Under the pieces are notes generated by a model, which saw nothing but the letters and a program-made list of their open reading frames with translations, was not told where the DNA came from and did not search any database. Source: Octopus vulgaris (Eukaryota). Taken from it: a DNA stretch of 64,000 bases. A program made the translations under genes and the position numbers. The DNA lies in the NCBI GenBank assembly GCA_951406725.2, contig OX597829.1, forward strand, positions 34,534,001 through 34,598,000. Direction: 5' to 3'. Below are positions 1 through 15,055 of the stretch, in pieces. Numbering within the stretch: position 1 is the stretch's first letter; every line of letters begins with the position of its first letter.

Positions 1-372
1 ATACGAAGTTTAAAAGTATTTAGTTACGTGGAAATTGTTTTAAAAAATTGCCGTTTAAACCGAAAAGATCCCAAAACAGATATTTAAATCACACTAGAAC
101 TGACTACAGGGCTTAATCATTGACATTCATTCTTTTATCTGTGATGATCTCCCTTCCTCTGTTCCATAAATGGTTTCTAACTTTATGAATTTCAGTGAAG
201 TCAACACTTTAATATTTGCAAATCCTGAAGAGTGCCATATCGACTGATAGATGTGATTCTATGGAAAGCATATTGTAGGACATTAAAAAGAAATTCAGTT
301 TGCATTGCACACCTTTAAAGCAACTAAGGTGATTGAAATAAAGACAATAAGTTGGTAGGTGGTATGGGTACA

Positions 373-604
373 AGGCGGCGAGCTAGCAGAATCGTTAGCA
401 CGTCGGGCGAAATGCTTAGCGGTATTTCGTCTGCCATTACGTTGTGAGTTCAAATTCCGCCGAGGTCGACTTTACCTTTCATCCTTTCGGGGTCGATAAA
501 TTAAGTACCAGTTAAGCACTGGGGTCGATATAATCGACTTAATACCTATGTCTGTCCATGTTTGTCCCCTCTATGTTCAGCCCCTTGTGGGTAATAAAGA
601 AATA
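373..604 (+). mobile_element. tRNA-derived SINE, full length, with 12-bp target-site duplication
   Basis: tRNA-like head (GGCGGCGAGCTAGCAGAATCG...GAGTTCAAATTCC, B-box-like) and central CTTTCATCCTTTCGGGGTCGATAAATTAAGTACCAG domain. It is flanked by GGTATGGGTACA at 361-372 and 605-616. Decayed copies lie at about 46590-46920. Confidence 0.85.
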
Positions 605-1605
605 GGTATGGGTACAGAGGTTTCACTTTTTACAACAATATCTGGTTGCGTATCTCCATAGATTGGAATTGGCTTCCATAGACAAAGCTTAAAGAGTCTA
701 ATGAAAATAGAAACTAGCTCTAAAGTAGAATTGAAGTTGTACTTTTGAAATTCAAGGTGGGTCCTCTTGAATTTCAAAGAGGAGAATAATGAAAAGTTAC
801 AAATATTTAGATGCAGATTTTTCTCTATTTTCTATTTTTTAATAAGACACTAAATTGCAAAAACTTAGTGTTTTGATAATATCAGATGGTCCAACAGTCT
901 TTGTCTTTATTTCTTTCAAACTGTCAATTTAGTGGAAGGCTGAGTTTATTTTTCACATTTAATGTGAAGAAAATAACATGGATGGCTTCAGTAATTTACT
1001 TTTACCTTCAATAATTAAAAGAAACTTGTATAAATGTTTCATATCTTGGTAGCTGTTTTTTGTTCTGAATTATTGGAATATAAAAAAACACTTGAAATTA
1101 AGAATGTTTAAACTTTTAGCATTTTAAATTTAAGAAGGCCATATCTGACCAAATATTCTACCTATTTTATGTTTAAACTGGCCAGACCCAGACTCTCACT
1201 CCCACCCTACAATGTCATTCTAAAAATAAACTATCACATCATCAGAATTCTCAAAGCTATAAGTCCTGATTAATTCAAAGAAGTGTGAATAAATATGCAT
1301 TACATTTGACAGAGTTATCTGGATAGTAAAGAATTAGTCCTTATTTTCTAAATAAAATTAGTTTTTCCTTATCATTACTGCTTTGATGATATAAAAACAA
1401 ATTTAGGGCAACTGTCTTATTACGTATGCATTTCTGTTTTTTTTTTTAGCATTATTTTAAATAAAATTTAGCGATTTTGACTTGAAGTTAACCTATTTGA
1501 TTCAAACATAAACTTTTAGTTCACTTCATTTTCTTTTATGGATAGAAATATCAAAGTTGTGTTGATCAGAATATGGCTGGTTTTAATTGACTGTTTCTGT
1601 TCCAG

Positions 1606-1802
1606 GCAAAGCAGGATGAAGAATCAAAAGTTATTGGTGCTACAAGGATTTCAAACACAGATGCTGACAAAAATGTCATAATCCAAGATGTTGTTGCGAA
1701 TGTGAAGTGGCAGATGTCACAGAATCGTAAAACTACAGCCCTGAAACAGTTACAGGGTCATATATGGAAGGATGCATATAAGCTTGGAGAAATTAAAGGA
1801 GA
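1606..1802 (+). CDS. ENOPH1: Enolase-phosphatase E1, internal coding exon (upstream exons lie outside the window)
   Basis: ttccag acceptor and GA|gtatgt donor. Translates AKQDEESK...VVANVKWQMSQNRKTTALKQLQGHIWKDAYKLGEIKG, matching the ENOPH1/MtnC motif DRKTTALKQLQGH. Confidence 0.93.
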
Positions 1803-3649
1803 GTATGTAAATTAATTGTTATTTGTTGTTATTATTCATGATATCGTTTCTTCTCTCATCCTTAATTTTCCCATAGAAATGATCGCAAGGACTAAAATTT
1901 ATGATACTATAGGTTCTCTTCTCTATAAAGATATTTACAACTTGACATTTTGTTATAATTTCAAAACTAAATACTTTTCGTGATAGCAATTTCTTTATTT
2001 TCCTCAATTTATTTAATTTTGTCATCCTCATTATCATCACCATTGCTATTATCATCACTTTTAACTGCAGTGACTTCCACTTTTTATATAAAGAGATGGT
2101 CTATCAGTTTGATGTCAGTGGTTGCCTTTCACTTTAGCTGTTTGTAGGATTATTGCTACACCAATCAATTTCTGAGTAGAAGCTTGTATAGTGTTTAAAT
2201 AACCTGATATTTACAATGTCTCTGTAACTATTTCTGGTGCACTTGCAGTTTTCTCTGCCTTAACAACCTTAATTGCTTTAACTGACAATGTTGAAACTTG
2301 TATTTTTTGTCCTTCTGTTTCATTATAAGATACATCCCTATCTCAATTCTAATTTCTTCAACAATATATAAGAACACTTCCATTCCACTGTCTTTTCACT
2401 TAGTCTTAGTGACAAGGGCATTGATGTTCTTTCACAAATACTCTCTCTCTCTCAAATACTCCTCTCCCTCGGGAGGACTTTTTACTCTTTTTTTTTCTGC
2501 CAACCTCACTATTGTTGGTGGCACAAAAAATACACCCAGTACACACTGTGAATTGGTTTGCATTAAGAGCACCCAGCTATAGAAATTGTATCAAAGCTTA
2601 CACTGGAACTCATTGCAGCCCTGTGGCTAGCTGGCTCCTGTCAAACATCCAGTCCATGCCAGCATGGAAAACAGATATTAAATGATGATGGTGATAGTGG
2701 TGGTGGTGACCAGTGCTGGAGACACACACTTTCTGTTGGGGTACAGGCATCAAACATTAGAGTGAGATGAGTTTTAATAAAGTTGGTAAATGGTATTTAG
2801 CAGCCATTCTAATCATTGTAGAACATTTGATACAGCACATTTGGATGGGATTTACTTAGTCTACCTTGCTTTTATACTCCCTCTCACCTCAAAAACTGTA
2901 TACACACATGCAGCTGTCAGTATAGATATTAATTGTATTGTATATCTTATTCTTAGTAAGTGGGTATGATTGCTGTTAGCAAATTCTCATGAAGTCTTGT
3001 GAACAATTTGAACTGGCTACTGTACCTACATTCATCCTAACACAACACTTTCAATGGCTATGTATGTGTTAGGTTGCTGTTACAACTCTGGAAGGAGTGC
3101 ATATTATAGTTCTTTGGCCAGAAATTTATACTGATTCATACTTTGCTTCAGTTGAAGTTTGTTGGTTGTCAGTAAATCTTTTATGGAAGTGTTATTCCTT
3201 GATTGCTGTAGCATGTGATATAATTTCCTTTCTGTGGGATGCTCAAGACTTTATTCTTTCAGTCTTCAAGAACAGATCTATAGTTCCAGACCTAGTTACA
3301 TAGTTTGCACATTCTGCTAAGAACATATTCTCTCTGGACTATAAATCTTGCATTAATTCCATCAAAGCTAAACAATTATTTTTCAACCTCTCAAACTTCA
3401 AAACAATTGTACTTCAGTGGTTAAGATTGAGAAGGCCAGTGGGTGGGAGACATAACAAGGATGATGAGAGGAAGATTGTGACTAAGTTTCTCACAGAGAG
3501 TTCAGAGGCAGCAGGTTTTATGCTCACAAATACTGAGCAATACTTCATTGTGAACCTCACCTGAGTTTTAAAGATTATTCATAGGCTAAATTATTTTCTG
3601 GTCCTCAAAAGATGATTGGGCTGCAGACCTAGCAATACTCAGAATGTAT

Positions 3650-3897
3650 CATCATTGTTCAACGTCCGTTTTCCATGCTAGCATGGGTTGGAGACAGTTC
3701 GACCGGGGTCTGGGAAGCCAGGAGGCTGCACCAGGCTCCAGTCTGATCTGGCAGTGTTTCTACAGCTGGATGCCCTTCTTAACGCCAACCACTCCGTGAG
3801 TGTAGTGGGTGCTTTTTACGTGCCACTGGCACAGGTGCCAGGGGAGGCTGGCAACGGTCACGATTGGTTGGTGCTTTTTATGTGCCACCAGCACGGA
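3650..3897 (-). mobile_element. 3' end fragment of an RTE-type LINE or its derived SINE
   Basis: CGTCCGTTTTCCATGCTAGCATGGGTTGG...CTGGATGCCCTTCTTAACGCCAACCAC block, shared with copies at 5822, 7093, 7717, 31244 and 60595. Confidence 0.75.
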
Positions 3898-4186
3898 AGC
3901 ACGTGTTTATAACAAGTGATCCTTGGTGATAGTGAGTGCTAGCATTTTCAGTGATTATGAGGACTCTGTTTGTGTATTGTGGACAGAGTGCAATGAGTTT
4001 TTCTTGACATGACTAAAAGATACAAAATTAGCATGATCCCTTTGAAGTTGGTGTGGAAAAGACCATACCTTAGGACATAGCAGAGTATGGCAAGATTTGA
4101 AGCTTTGTTTCAAATGCAAATATTTGTTTCTTTGTATTTTTTTTAATATTATCATAACTCTCTGATTATTTGAAATGTTTGTTTAG

Positions 4187-4319
4187 GCTTTTCAGTGATG
4201 TCGTACCTGTTTTGCAGCAGCTGAAAGAAATGGGCATGAAACACTACATTTATTCATCAGGAAGCATTGCAAGCCAAAAACTCCTTTTTTCTCACGTACC
4301 AGAAGGAAATATTATTGAT
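4187..4319 (+). CDS. ENOPH1: Enolase-phosphatase E1, internal coding exon
   Basis: tttag acceptor and gtgagc donor, phase-compatible with the previous exon. Translates (E)LFSDVVPVLQQLKEMGMKHYIYSSGSIASQKLLFSHVPEGNIID with HAD motif II YIYSSGS. Confidence 0.95.
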
Positions 4320-4857
4320 GTGAGCATTATATTTTTTTAAATATGAAATTTTGATAAAATTTTGCTTTAAAAATATTTGGTTAGCATTTTGGTGTGTGTG
4401 GATGTGTAAGCGTATGAATAAATATTTTTGTTTGTCAATCTAGGAAAGCTGGCTGGCTTCAAACATTTTCAGGCATTTCTTGCTGGACTACAGGCATAAG
4501 AACTGGATTTAATGTTCAGTTAGAATTGCTGCAGACCACTGGTTGAATAAAAGGAAACTGTTCTGTGGTTGAAATACTTGAATGAAGTGTTTAATATAGC
4601 ACTAGTACTAGAAGTGGGATAAGGAATATCACCAAATTTAAAGAATATAAAGAGCTGTAAAGATGAGCAAGTGATTAAAGTACATAGCGAAATGAAGATT
4701 GCTAACCAGGCAGGCTTTTGTTTACTGTTCAGATGTACTGTTACATATGTATTAAACTTGAACATTTTTGAACCTAATAGAAACTAAGAAACAGTATCTC
4801 TTGTAGCCAACTTTGTCCGAGTAAGGTAATAATCTCCCAATCTGTTAAACAACAAGC

Positions 4858-5754
4858 AGAACCTCAACGCCGGCCATCTCTTCAAACTTGTCTTTGGTCT
4901 TCCTGGCGGTGTGTGGCTTGGCATTGTCCTGCTGCATCAAAGCGCGCTTTCGGTTGATCAGAGCCGGGTACTTTTGCTTCAACATTTCGTAGACCCGCTC
5001 CAGTTGCTGACAGTAAAGTTCGGCACTGATAGCACGACCACTCGGAACCAACTCAAAATGCACGATTCCTTCAAAGTTCCATCAAACGCACAACATGACT
5101 TTGTTGCCGAATCGATCTTGTTTTGGAACCGACGGTGTCTCTTGCCCTTTCTGAACCCATCGCTTGTCTCGATTGTGCTGGACCAGATAGACCCAATTCT
5201 CGTCCGAAGTCACAATGCGCTTCCAAAACCACTCGTCCAATGGATTGCTGAGCAATTGACGGCAAATTTCAACTCGTCTGTTGGCTTGTGCTTCGGTGAG
5301 TTCGTGTGGATCTTGGTGCAGCTTTTTGTGAACAAAATCAAGTTGCCTCAAGTGTCGGTGAATTGTTGATTTGCCAACTCCAAGCTCATCAGCCAATTCT
5401 CGAGTACTCGATGAAGGCGCAATGTTCAACCCGGTTTGTAAGTCTCCATCATCTAACTTTAACGGCCGTCCCGAACGAGGCTTATCTTCAAGAGTCATGT
5501 CGCCAGAATCGAAACGCTTGTACCACTTTGAGATCGCCGCATATGCAATTGTTCTTTCACCTTCGGCAGCTTTTCTGGTTGAAAGACCTCGCTTCCAGCA
5601 GTAACGAATCAAAACTCGCAGCTCAATTTTATTCATGGGCATCTGGAATATAAAGATGAAGGTAACTATAACAATATAAACCCAAACAAACAATTAAAAA
5701 TTTCATAAAAATTCAAATTTTCGCAAGTGTTTACGAACTTTTGGGACAACCTTA
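4858..5754 (-). mobile_element. Mariner transposon, 3'-truncated, frameshifted transposase
   Basis: ORFs 5082-5693 and 4845-5063: HTH region ELRVLIRY...LEDKPRSGRP, then WKRIVTSDENWVY and QQDNAKPHTA (first two catalytic Asp). A TIR-like end (minus strand TAAGGTTGTCCCAAAAGTTCGTAA) abuts TA. The YSPDL region is missing. Confidence 0.9.
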
Positions 5755-5821
5755 TATATATATATACACACACACAGACATATATATATATACACACACA
5801 CATATATATATATATACATAT

Positions 5822-6497
5822 ATCATCATCATCATCATCATCATTTAGCGTCCGTTTTCCATGCTAGCATGGGTTGGACGGTTCTGCTGGGGTCTGTGAA
5901 GCCAGAAGGCTTCATCAGGCCCAGTCAAATCTGGCAGTGTTTCTACGGCTGGATGCCCTTCCTAACGCCAACCACTCCGTGAGTGTAGTGGGTGCTTTTT
6001 ACGTGCCACCCGCACTGGTGCCAGACAGAGCTGGCAAACGGCCACGAACAGATGGTGCTTTTTATGTGCCACCGGCACGAGGGCCAGGCGAGGCTGGCAA
6101 CGGACACGAAACGGGGCGGTGCTGGCAACGGTCGCGAAACGGAAAGTTCTCTTACATGCCACCGGCACTGGTAACACATCTGCAATTTCCATTGATCGAT
6201 TTCGATTCTGATCCTCACTTGCCTCAATGGGTCTTCACAAGCAGAGTTTCGACATGCCACCGGCACTGGTAGCACATCCGCAATTTCCATTGATCGATTT
6301 CGATTCTGATCCTCACTTGCCTCAACACGTCTTCACAAGTAGAGTTTTGTGTCCCAAGAAGGGAAGGTATGCATACGTAGGCTGGCTCCATCCCATGTAG
6401 AAGGCCACGGGTTGTGGACTCACTTGTCCTGCCGGGTCTTCTCGCACACAGCACACTTCCAGAGGTCTCGGTCTCTAGTCATTTCCTCAGTGAGACC
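5822..6497 (-). mobile_element. 5'-truncated RTE LINE 3' end with (GAT)n tail
   Basis: The minus strand encodes an RTE C-terminus (GLTEEMTRDRDLWKCAV), similar to 28960-29000, followed by a 3'UTR and (GAT)n tail. Internal tandem duplication of about 98 bp at about 6154-6348. Confidence 0.8.
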
Positions 6498-6500
6498 TAT

Positions 6501-6564
<64 letters not shown>

Positions 6565-6565
<1 letters not shown>

Positions 6566-7092
6566 ACCTGTCCTCTGAACCACCCCTCCCACTGGTGCTC
6601 CCCTATATTTCTGCACCCCCCCACCACCATTATAGGTGTCTACTCTTTGAACCCCCCTCTTCAATACGCTATTTCACCATGCATTACCCCTCTCTCGATA
6701 TCCTACGTTCTACTTGCCTAGAACCTGTCCTCTGAACCACCCCTCCCACTGGTGCTCCCCTATATTTCTGCACCCCCCCACCACCATTATAGGTGTCTAC
6801 TCTTTGAACCCCCTCTTCAATACGCTATTTCACCATGCATTACCCCTCTCTCGATATCCTACGTTCTACTTGCCTAGAACCTGTCCTCTGAACCACCCCT
6901 CCCACTGGTGCTCCCCTATATTTCTGCACCCCCCCCACCTCCATTATAGGTGTCTACTCTTTGAACCCCCCTCTTCAATACGATATTTCACCATGCATTA
7001 CCCCTCTCTCGATATCCTACGTTCTACTTGCCTAGTACCTGTCCTCTGAACCACCCCTCCCACTGGTGCTCCCCTATATTTCTGCACCCCCC
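6565..7092. repeat. Minisatellite, about 157-bp unit, about 3.4 copies
   Basis: Unit AACCTGTCCTCTGAACCACCCCTCCC...TTGCCTAG restarts at about 6565, 6722, 6878 and 7036. Confidence 0.95.
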
Positions 7093-7338
7093 CAATAAAA
7101 AGCACCATCCGAACGTGGCCGATGCCAGACCCCTCTGGCACCTGTGCAGGTGGCACGTAAAAACACCCACTACACTCGCGGAGTGGTTGGCGTTAGGAAG
7201 GGCATCCAGCTGTAGAAACACTGCCAGACTAGACTGGAGCCTGGGGCAGTCCCGAGCTCCCCAGACCCCGGTCGAAGCCGTCCAACCCGTGCTAGCGCGG
7301 AAAACGGACGTTAAACGATGATGATGATGATGATGATG
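7093..7338 (+). mobile_element. RTE 3'UTR/SINE fragment with (GAT)n tail
   Basis: Reverse complement of the 5822 and 7717 copies, ending GGAAAACGGACGTTAAACGATGATGATG. Confidence 0.8.
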
Positions 7339-7716
7339 ATATACACATACACATATATATATATATACATATATATATACACATACACATATATATATAC
7401 ACAGATATATACACAAATATATATTCATATATATATATATATATGATCTTTCCGATCAGACCATCAGATGTTGTTACACATCGCTGGTCACAATGCATTC
7501 GCATTGTTTTAGCCTTCGAATGACGCCACCCCGCTGTGTATATATATACACACACACACATATATATACAAATACATATACACATATATATATATATGCA
7601 CACACATATACACACATATATATACATAAATATGCATACATATATATATATATATATATATACACATAAATATACACACATTCTCAGTTTTATATATATA
7701 TATGTACATATATATA

Positions 7717-8160
7717 TCATCATCATCATCATCATCATTTAACGTCTGCTTTCCATGCTAGCATGGGTTGGACGGTTCAACTGGGGTCTGGGGAGCCCGA
7801 AAGCTGCACCAGTCCAGTCAGATCTGGCAGTGTTTCTACAGCCGGATGCCCTTCCTAACGCCAACCACTCCGAGAGTGTAGTGGGTGATTTTATGTGCCA
7901 CCGACACAGGTGGCAGACGAGGCTGGCAAACGGCCACGCTCGGATGGTGTTTTTTATGTGCCACCGACACAGGTGCCAGATGAGGCTGGCAAAACGGCCA
8001 CGATCGGATGGTGCTTGTTACGTGCCCACAGCACGGAGGCCAGTCGATGCGGTACTGGCTACGGCCACGTTCGGATGGTTTTCTTGTGTGCCACGTGCCA
8101 CCGGCACTGGTACCACAAGGATACAAATTCCATTGATGTTCATCTATTTTGATTTGTTTT
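7717..8160 (-). mobile_element. RTE 3'UTR/SINE fragment
   Basis: (CAT)n followed by TTTAACGTCTGCTTTCCATGCTAGCATGGG...; same family as 5822-6497. Confidence 0.8.
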
Positions 8161-8679
<519 letters not shown>

Positions 8680-9063
8680 CCAGCAGTATCGCCCGGCGTT
8701 GCTCGGATTGTAAGGGAAATAACTATATAAGCATTTTTAGAGAGTTATAGCAAAAAAATGCATTAAAAATTGAAAAAAAATTAAGGTAAATTTTTTTTTA
8801 AATCGTTGACACATCGTAGATATTTTTAGAGAGTTACTTCCCTTATATAAAAGCGAAAAAAATGCATTAAAATGGAAAAATATGATGGTAAATTTTTTTA
8901 AAATTGTAGACTCATCGTAGACGTGCGCTAATACCCAGAAGGGCTCGATATGAATCACGACTATAAGATACCCGCTTTTGGTTAAACTGCACTGCAAAAT
9001 GTGGGAGTAGTTAGGAATCTAAATCGTAGGAGACAGACACACAACTTCACTCTTATATAAAGA
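8680..9063 (-). mobile_element. Non-autonomous Helitron (family A)
   Basis: The minus strand starts TCTTTATATAAGAGTGAAGTTGTGTGTCTGTC and ends with hairpin CCGAGCAACGCCGGG then CTGG|T. Homologous to 13648-14042. Confidence 0.85.
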
Positions 9064-9069
9064 AGGTTT

Positions 9070-9394
9070 TTTTTTTTCAGTCATAGAGTTAGATTTATGA
9101 AGGTCTTCAGTAGAAAATCCTTCGAATTCTGACTCGCTGCTTGATATAATGAAATTCGTATCCATTTTTTGTCAGAATTACAAATTTTGAAAACACAATA
9201 GGAACAAATTTCGGAAAAAAATCTCCCATAATTCACGGAATTAAAATTACACTTCGATTTTTGTACAAAACTGTAGTTGAAGTGTTTACGAAGTATAATA
9301 CGTGTTTTCACGAATGTACTAAAGAGATTTGCTCTGATATTCTCATTTAAATATGAATAGGTAAATTCGGGCGGTTTGGTAACGAAAGGGTTAA
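9070..9394. mobile_element. piggyBac-like element end fragment
   Basis: Ends ...GGTAACGAAAGGG|TTAA (CCC terminus plus TTAA target on the other strand). A diverged related stretch lies at about 48180-48512. Confidence 0.55.
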
Positions 9395-10038
9395 ACGGAT
9401 GCATACATTTATTAATCTCTTATTATAATAACTATATATAAGTGTCGTCTGTTTATACATAAACACTGTTTCATACTGCAATTATATATACATATATCTA
9501 TATATAATATTATATAATAAAATATATACAGAGTAAAATAAAAACCAATTTACCTTTTCTGTATTGTTATAGCAATTCCACCGTCCGTGTGTCTTTGCAA
9601 ATGTGTTGGAATGATAAGTGAGTTGTGTTTTGGCGCCTTTTTTACTAATAACAAACACACACGTGTTTGTATGTAGTTGTTTGAAACGTTTGTTTGCCAC
9701 TCTCATATATGTATGTGTATGCGTGTGTGTGAGGAATGACACACACACACTCACGCACGCACACATGTACATCAATGCTTTAGGAGTGATATGTTAAAAT
9801 ATTGAGTTTTCTCGAATTTTGTCTTAATTGGTGGTAAAATTGAAAGAAATTTTTATGGCATCACCCACTGTAGTACTCTGAAAAATCATGGGTACACTCT
9901 AATTGAAGAAATTGTGTGAGGAGTAAATCGTTATGTATTTATTTGTTTCTGTTTGCTGTGTTTTTTTATTTTTTGATTAGTGGTTTAAATACTTTCAGTT
10001 TAGTCTTCCTCAAATCACTCTGTCGCTATTTACTTTCA

Positions 10039-10302
10039 TTTTATTCGTTGCACAATGTGTGTGTGTGCGTTTGCGTGTGCTGTAAACCAGACTAAGAAAA
10101 GCATTTGACATACACACCAGAATGTGAGTTTTCTGTAAATTTTGCTTAATTGGAGTTTAAATTTTAAAAACTGGACCTGGCATGACCCGATGCATTCTAC
10201 TCTTAAAAATGCTAGGTAAATTGTAATTGAAGAAATCCTATATTGTAGATTTCTATAAGTTACAAAGGGAGGCAGATAAAATCTGCCTTTTATAATAAGA
10301 GA
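10039..10302 (-). mobile_element. Helitron-like 5' segment (family B), left arm of an inverted pair
   Basis: The minus strand begins A|TCTCTTATTATAAAAGGCAGATTTTATCTGCCT. Near-identical inverted copy at 11864-12125. Confidence 0.65.
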
Positions 10303-11863
<1,561 letters not shown>

Positions 11864-11868
<5 letters not shown>

Positions 11869-12125
11869 TATTATAAAAGGCAGATTTTATCTGCCTCCCT
11901 TTGGGAGTTATACAAATCTACAATATAGGATTTCTTCAATTACAATTTACCTTGCATTTTTAAGAGTACAATGCATTGCGTCATGCCAGCTCCAGTTTTT
12001 AAAATTTAAACTCCAGTTAAGCAAAATTTACAGAAAACTCACATTCTGGTGTGTGTGTCAAATGCTTTTCTTAGTCTGGTTTACACCACACGCAAACGCA
12101 CACACACAGTGGGCAACGAATAAAA
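11864..12125 (+). mobile_element. Helitron-like 5' segment (family B), right arm of an inverted pair
   Basis: Begins A|TCTCTTATTATAAAAGGCAG; reverse complement of 10039-10302 with scattered substitutions. Confidence 0.65.
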
Positions 12126-12378
12126 CGAAACTAATTGACTTACTGTAGTGAGTGATTCTTTCACTCTGCCTCCCACTTCTTCTTTCCACACAGACACGCA
12201 AATATATAAATAAAATTGTAAGCTAACGTGCGTGTGTGTGAATGGGTGGGTGTGGGTGTGCGCGTGTGTGTGTGTGTGAGGGTGCGTGTGTGTGTGTGTG
12301 TGTGTGTGCGTGTGCGTGAGTGTGTGACAGGAAAGTTTTTTTACGACGAATATAATACCTATATCCAAGTAGCAGAAA

Positions 12379-12863
12379 GATAAGACAGTAAGGTGTGATT
12401 TGAGGGAGATTTGGCTGCTATTTCTACCATGTCTAGCTGCCATGTAGGGGTCTCCCTCATAGGCTCATACATACATATATATATACATAGATAAGACAGT
12501 AAGGTGTGATTTGGGGGAAATTTGGCTGCTATTTCTACCAGGTCTAGCTGCCATGTAGGGGTCTCCCTCATAGGCTCATACATACATATATACATAGATA
12601 AGACAGTAAGGTGTGATTTGGGGGAAATTTGGCTGCTATTTCTACCAGGTCTAGCTGCCATGAGGGGTCTCCCTCATAGGCTCATACATACATATATACA
12701 TAGATAAGACAGTAAGGTGTGATTTGGGGGAAATTTGGCTGCTATTTCTACCAGGTCTAGCTACCATGTAGAGGTCCCCCTCATTGGCTCATATATATAT
12801 ATACATACATAAGACAGTAAGGTGTGATTTGAGGGAGATTTGGCTGCTGTTTCTACCAGGTCT
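12379..12863. repeat. Minisatellite, 106-111-bp unit, about 4.5 copies
   Basis: (G)ATAAGACAGTAAGGTGTGATTTG...TTTGGCTGCTATTTCTACC restarts at about 12379, 12490, 12597, 12703 and 12809. Confidence 0.95.
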
Positions 12864-13226
12864 GTTAGGCCTTCTCATGTAAACTCAAGCTTTCTCATGC
12901 CTTCAACATATGACCAAAGCAGAGAATGTATTCTTTTATTCTTCTGCTTTTTCCAGCCATTGGTCTGTGGCCATGCTGGGGCAATGCCTTGAAGAATTGT
13001 AGTTTAATGAATCAACTCCAGTTTTATTTTTGTAAGCATTGTACTTATTCTATCTGTTTCCTTTGTCAAACCACTAGGTGACAGGGATGTAAACAAACCA
13101 ACATTCGTTGTCAAGCAGTGGTGGAGGACAATCACAAGCACAGACATGCACACACACACACACACACACATACATGCATACACATATACACACATACATA
13201 CATATATATATATGTGTATATATATA

Positions 13227-13485
13227 TTGCAGCGTGGAAGGTGTTTGTAAGCCATTTAAGAAACACACAAAAACCGTTACATTCACTTCAACATTTAAAT
13301 TTAATTTGCCAAAATATTTTCGTCGCTTTGAGACCGCCACCTGTTCACTGACAAAAATATCGTGCTAACAGGTCGCGGTCTCAAAGCGACGAAAATATTT
13401 TCACAAATTAAATTTAAATGTTGAAGTGAATCTAACGGTTTTTGTGTGTTTCTTAAATGGCTTATAAACACCTTCAACGCTGCAA
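13227..13485. repeat. Fold-back inverted repeat (119-bp arms, 21-bp spacer)
   Basis: 13227-13345 is the reverse complement of 13367-13485 with a few mismatches. Confidence 0.92.
13305..13355 (-). ncRNA. Candidate variant hammerhead ribozyme (G3-C8 core)
   Basis: Minus strand: UUUGUCA-GUGAACA-G-GUGGC(GGUCUCAAA)GCGAC-GAAA-AUAU-UU-UGGCAAA. Stems I, II and III are in hammerhead order, but the core is GUGAACA instead of CUGANGA. Confidence 0.45.
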
Positions 13486-13647
13486 CTGTTTTCGTTCCAG
13501 CACACGATCTCAGATCAAGTCACTTGCTATGCAAGTACATCTCTGTAACTATATATATATTTATATATATATATATATGTATATTGGTAAAAACAGTAAG
13601 ATAACAAAAGAAAGAAAGAGACCTCAATATTATGTAAATAGAGGAAA

Positions 13648-14042
13648 TCTTTATAGATAAAAGTGAGGTTGTGTGTCTGTCTCCTACGATTTAGATTCCT
13701 AACTACTCCCACATTTTGCGGTGCAGTTTAACCAAAACCGGGTATCTTATAGTCGTGATTCATATCGAGACCGTCTGGGTATTAGCGCGCGTCTACGATG
13801 AGTCTACGATTTATAAAAAAATTTACCATCAATTTTTCCCATTTTTAATCCATTTTTGACATATATAAGGGAAGTAACTCTCTAAAATTTATTATTAAAT
13901 CTCAGAACGTAAAAAGCTACAGTAACACCCCTCCCCCTATGTGGTTAGCCATATTGAGATGGCTATTATACTTTACATCTCTAAAAATGCTTATATAATT
14001 ATTTCCCTTACAAACCCGAGCAACGCCGGGCGATACTGCTAG
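13648..14042 (+). mobile_element. Non-autonomous Helitron (family A), complete
   Basis: Canonical A|TC...CTAG|T termini with subterminal hairpin CCCGAGCAACGCCGGG (14015-14030) and no TSD. Confidence 0.9.

Positions 14043-15055
<1,013 letters not shown>

Noticed and set aside
221-285. Possible degenerate hammerhead (CTGAAGA...GAAAGCATATTGTAGGAC)
   Set aside because: Stems I-III cannot be paired convincingly; at best a decayed relic.
12379-12863. CRISPR-like regular repeats
   Set aside because: Whole units are repeated with no unique spacers, there are no cas genes, and the context is a eukaryotic intron.
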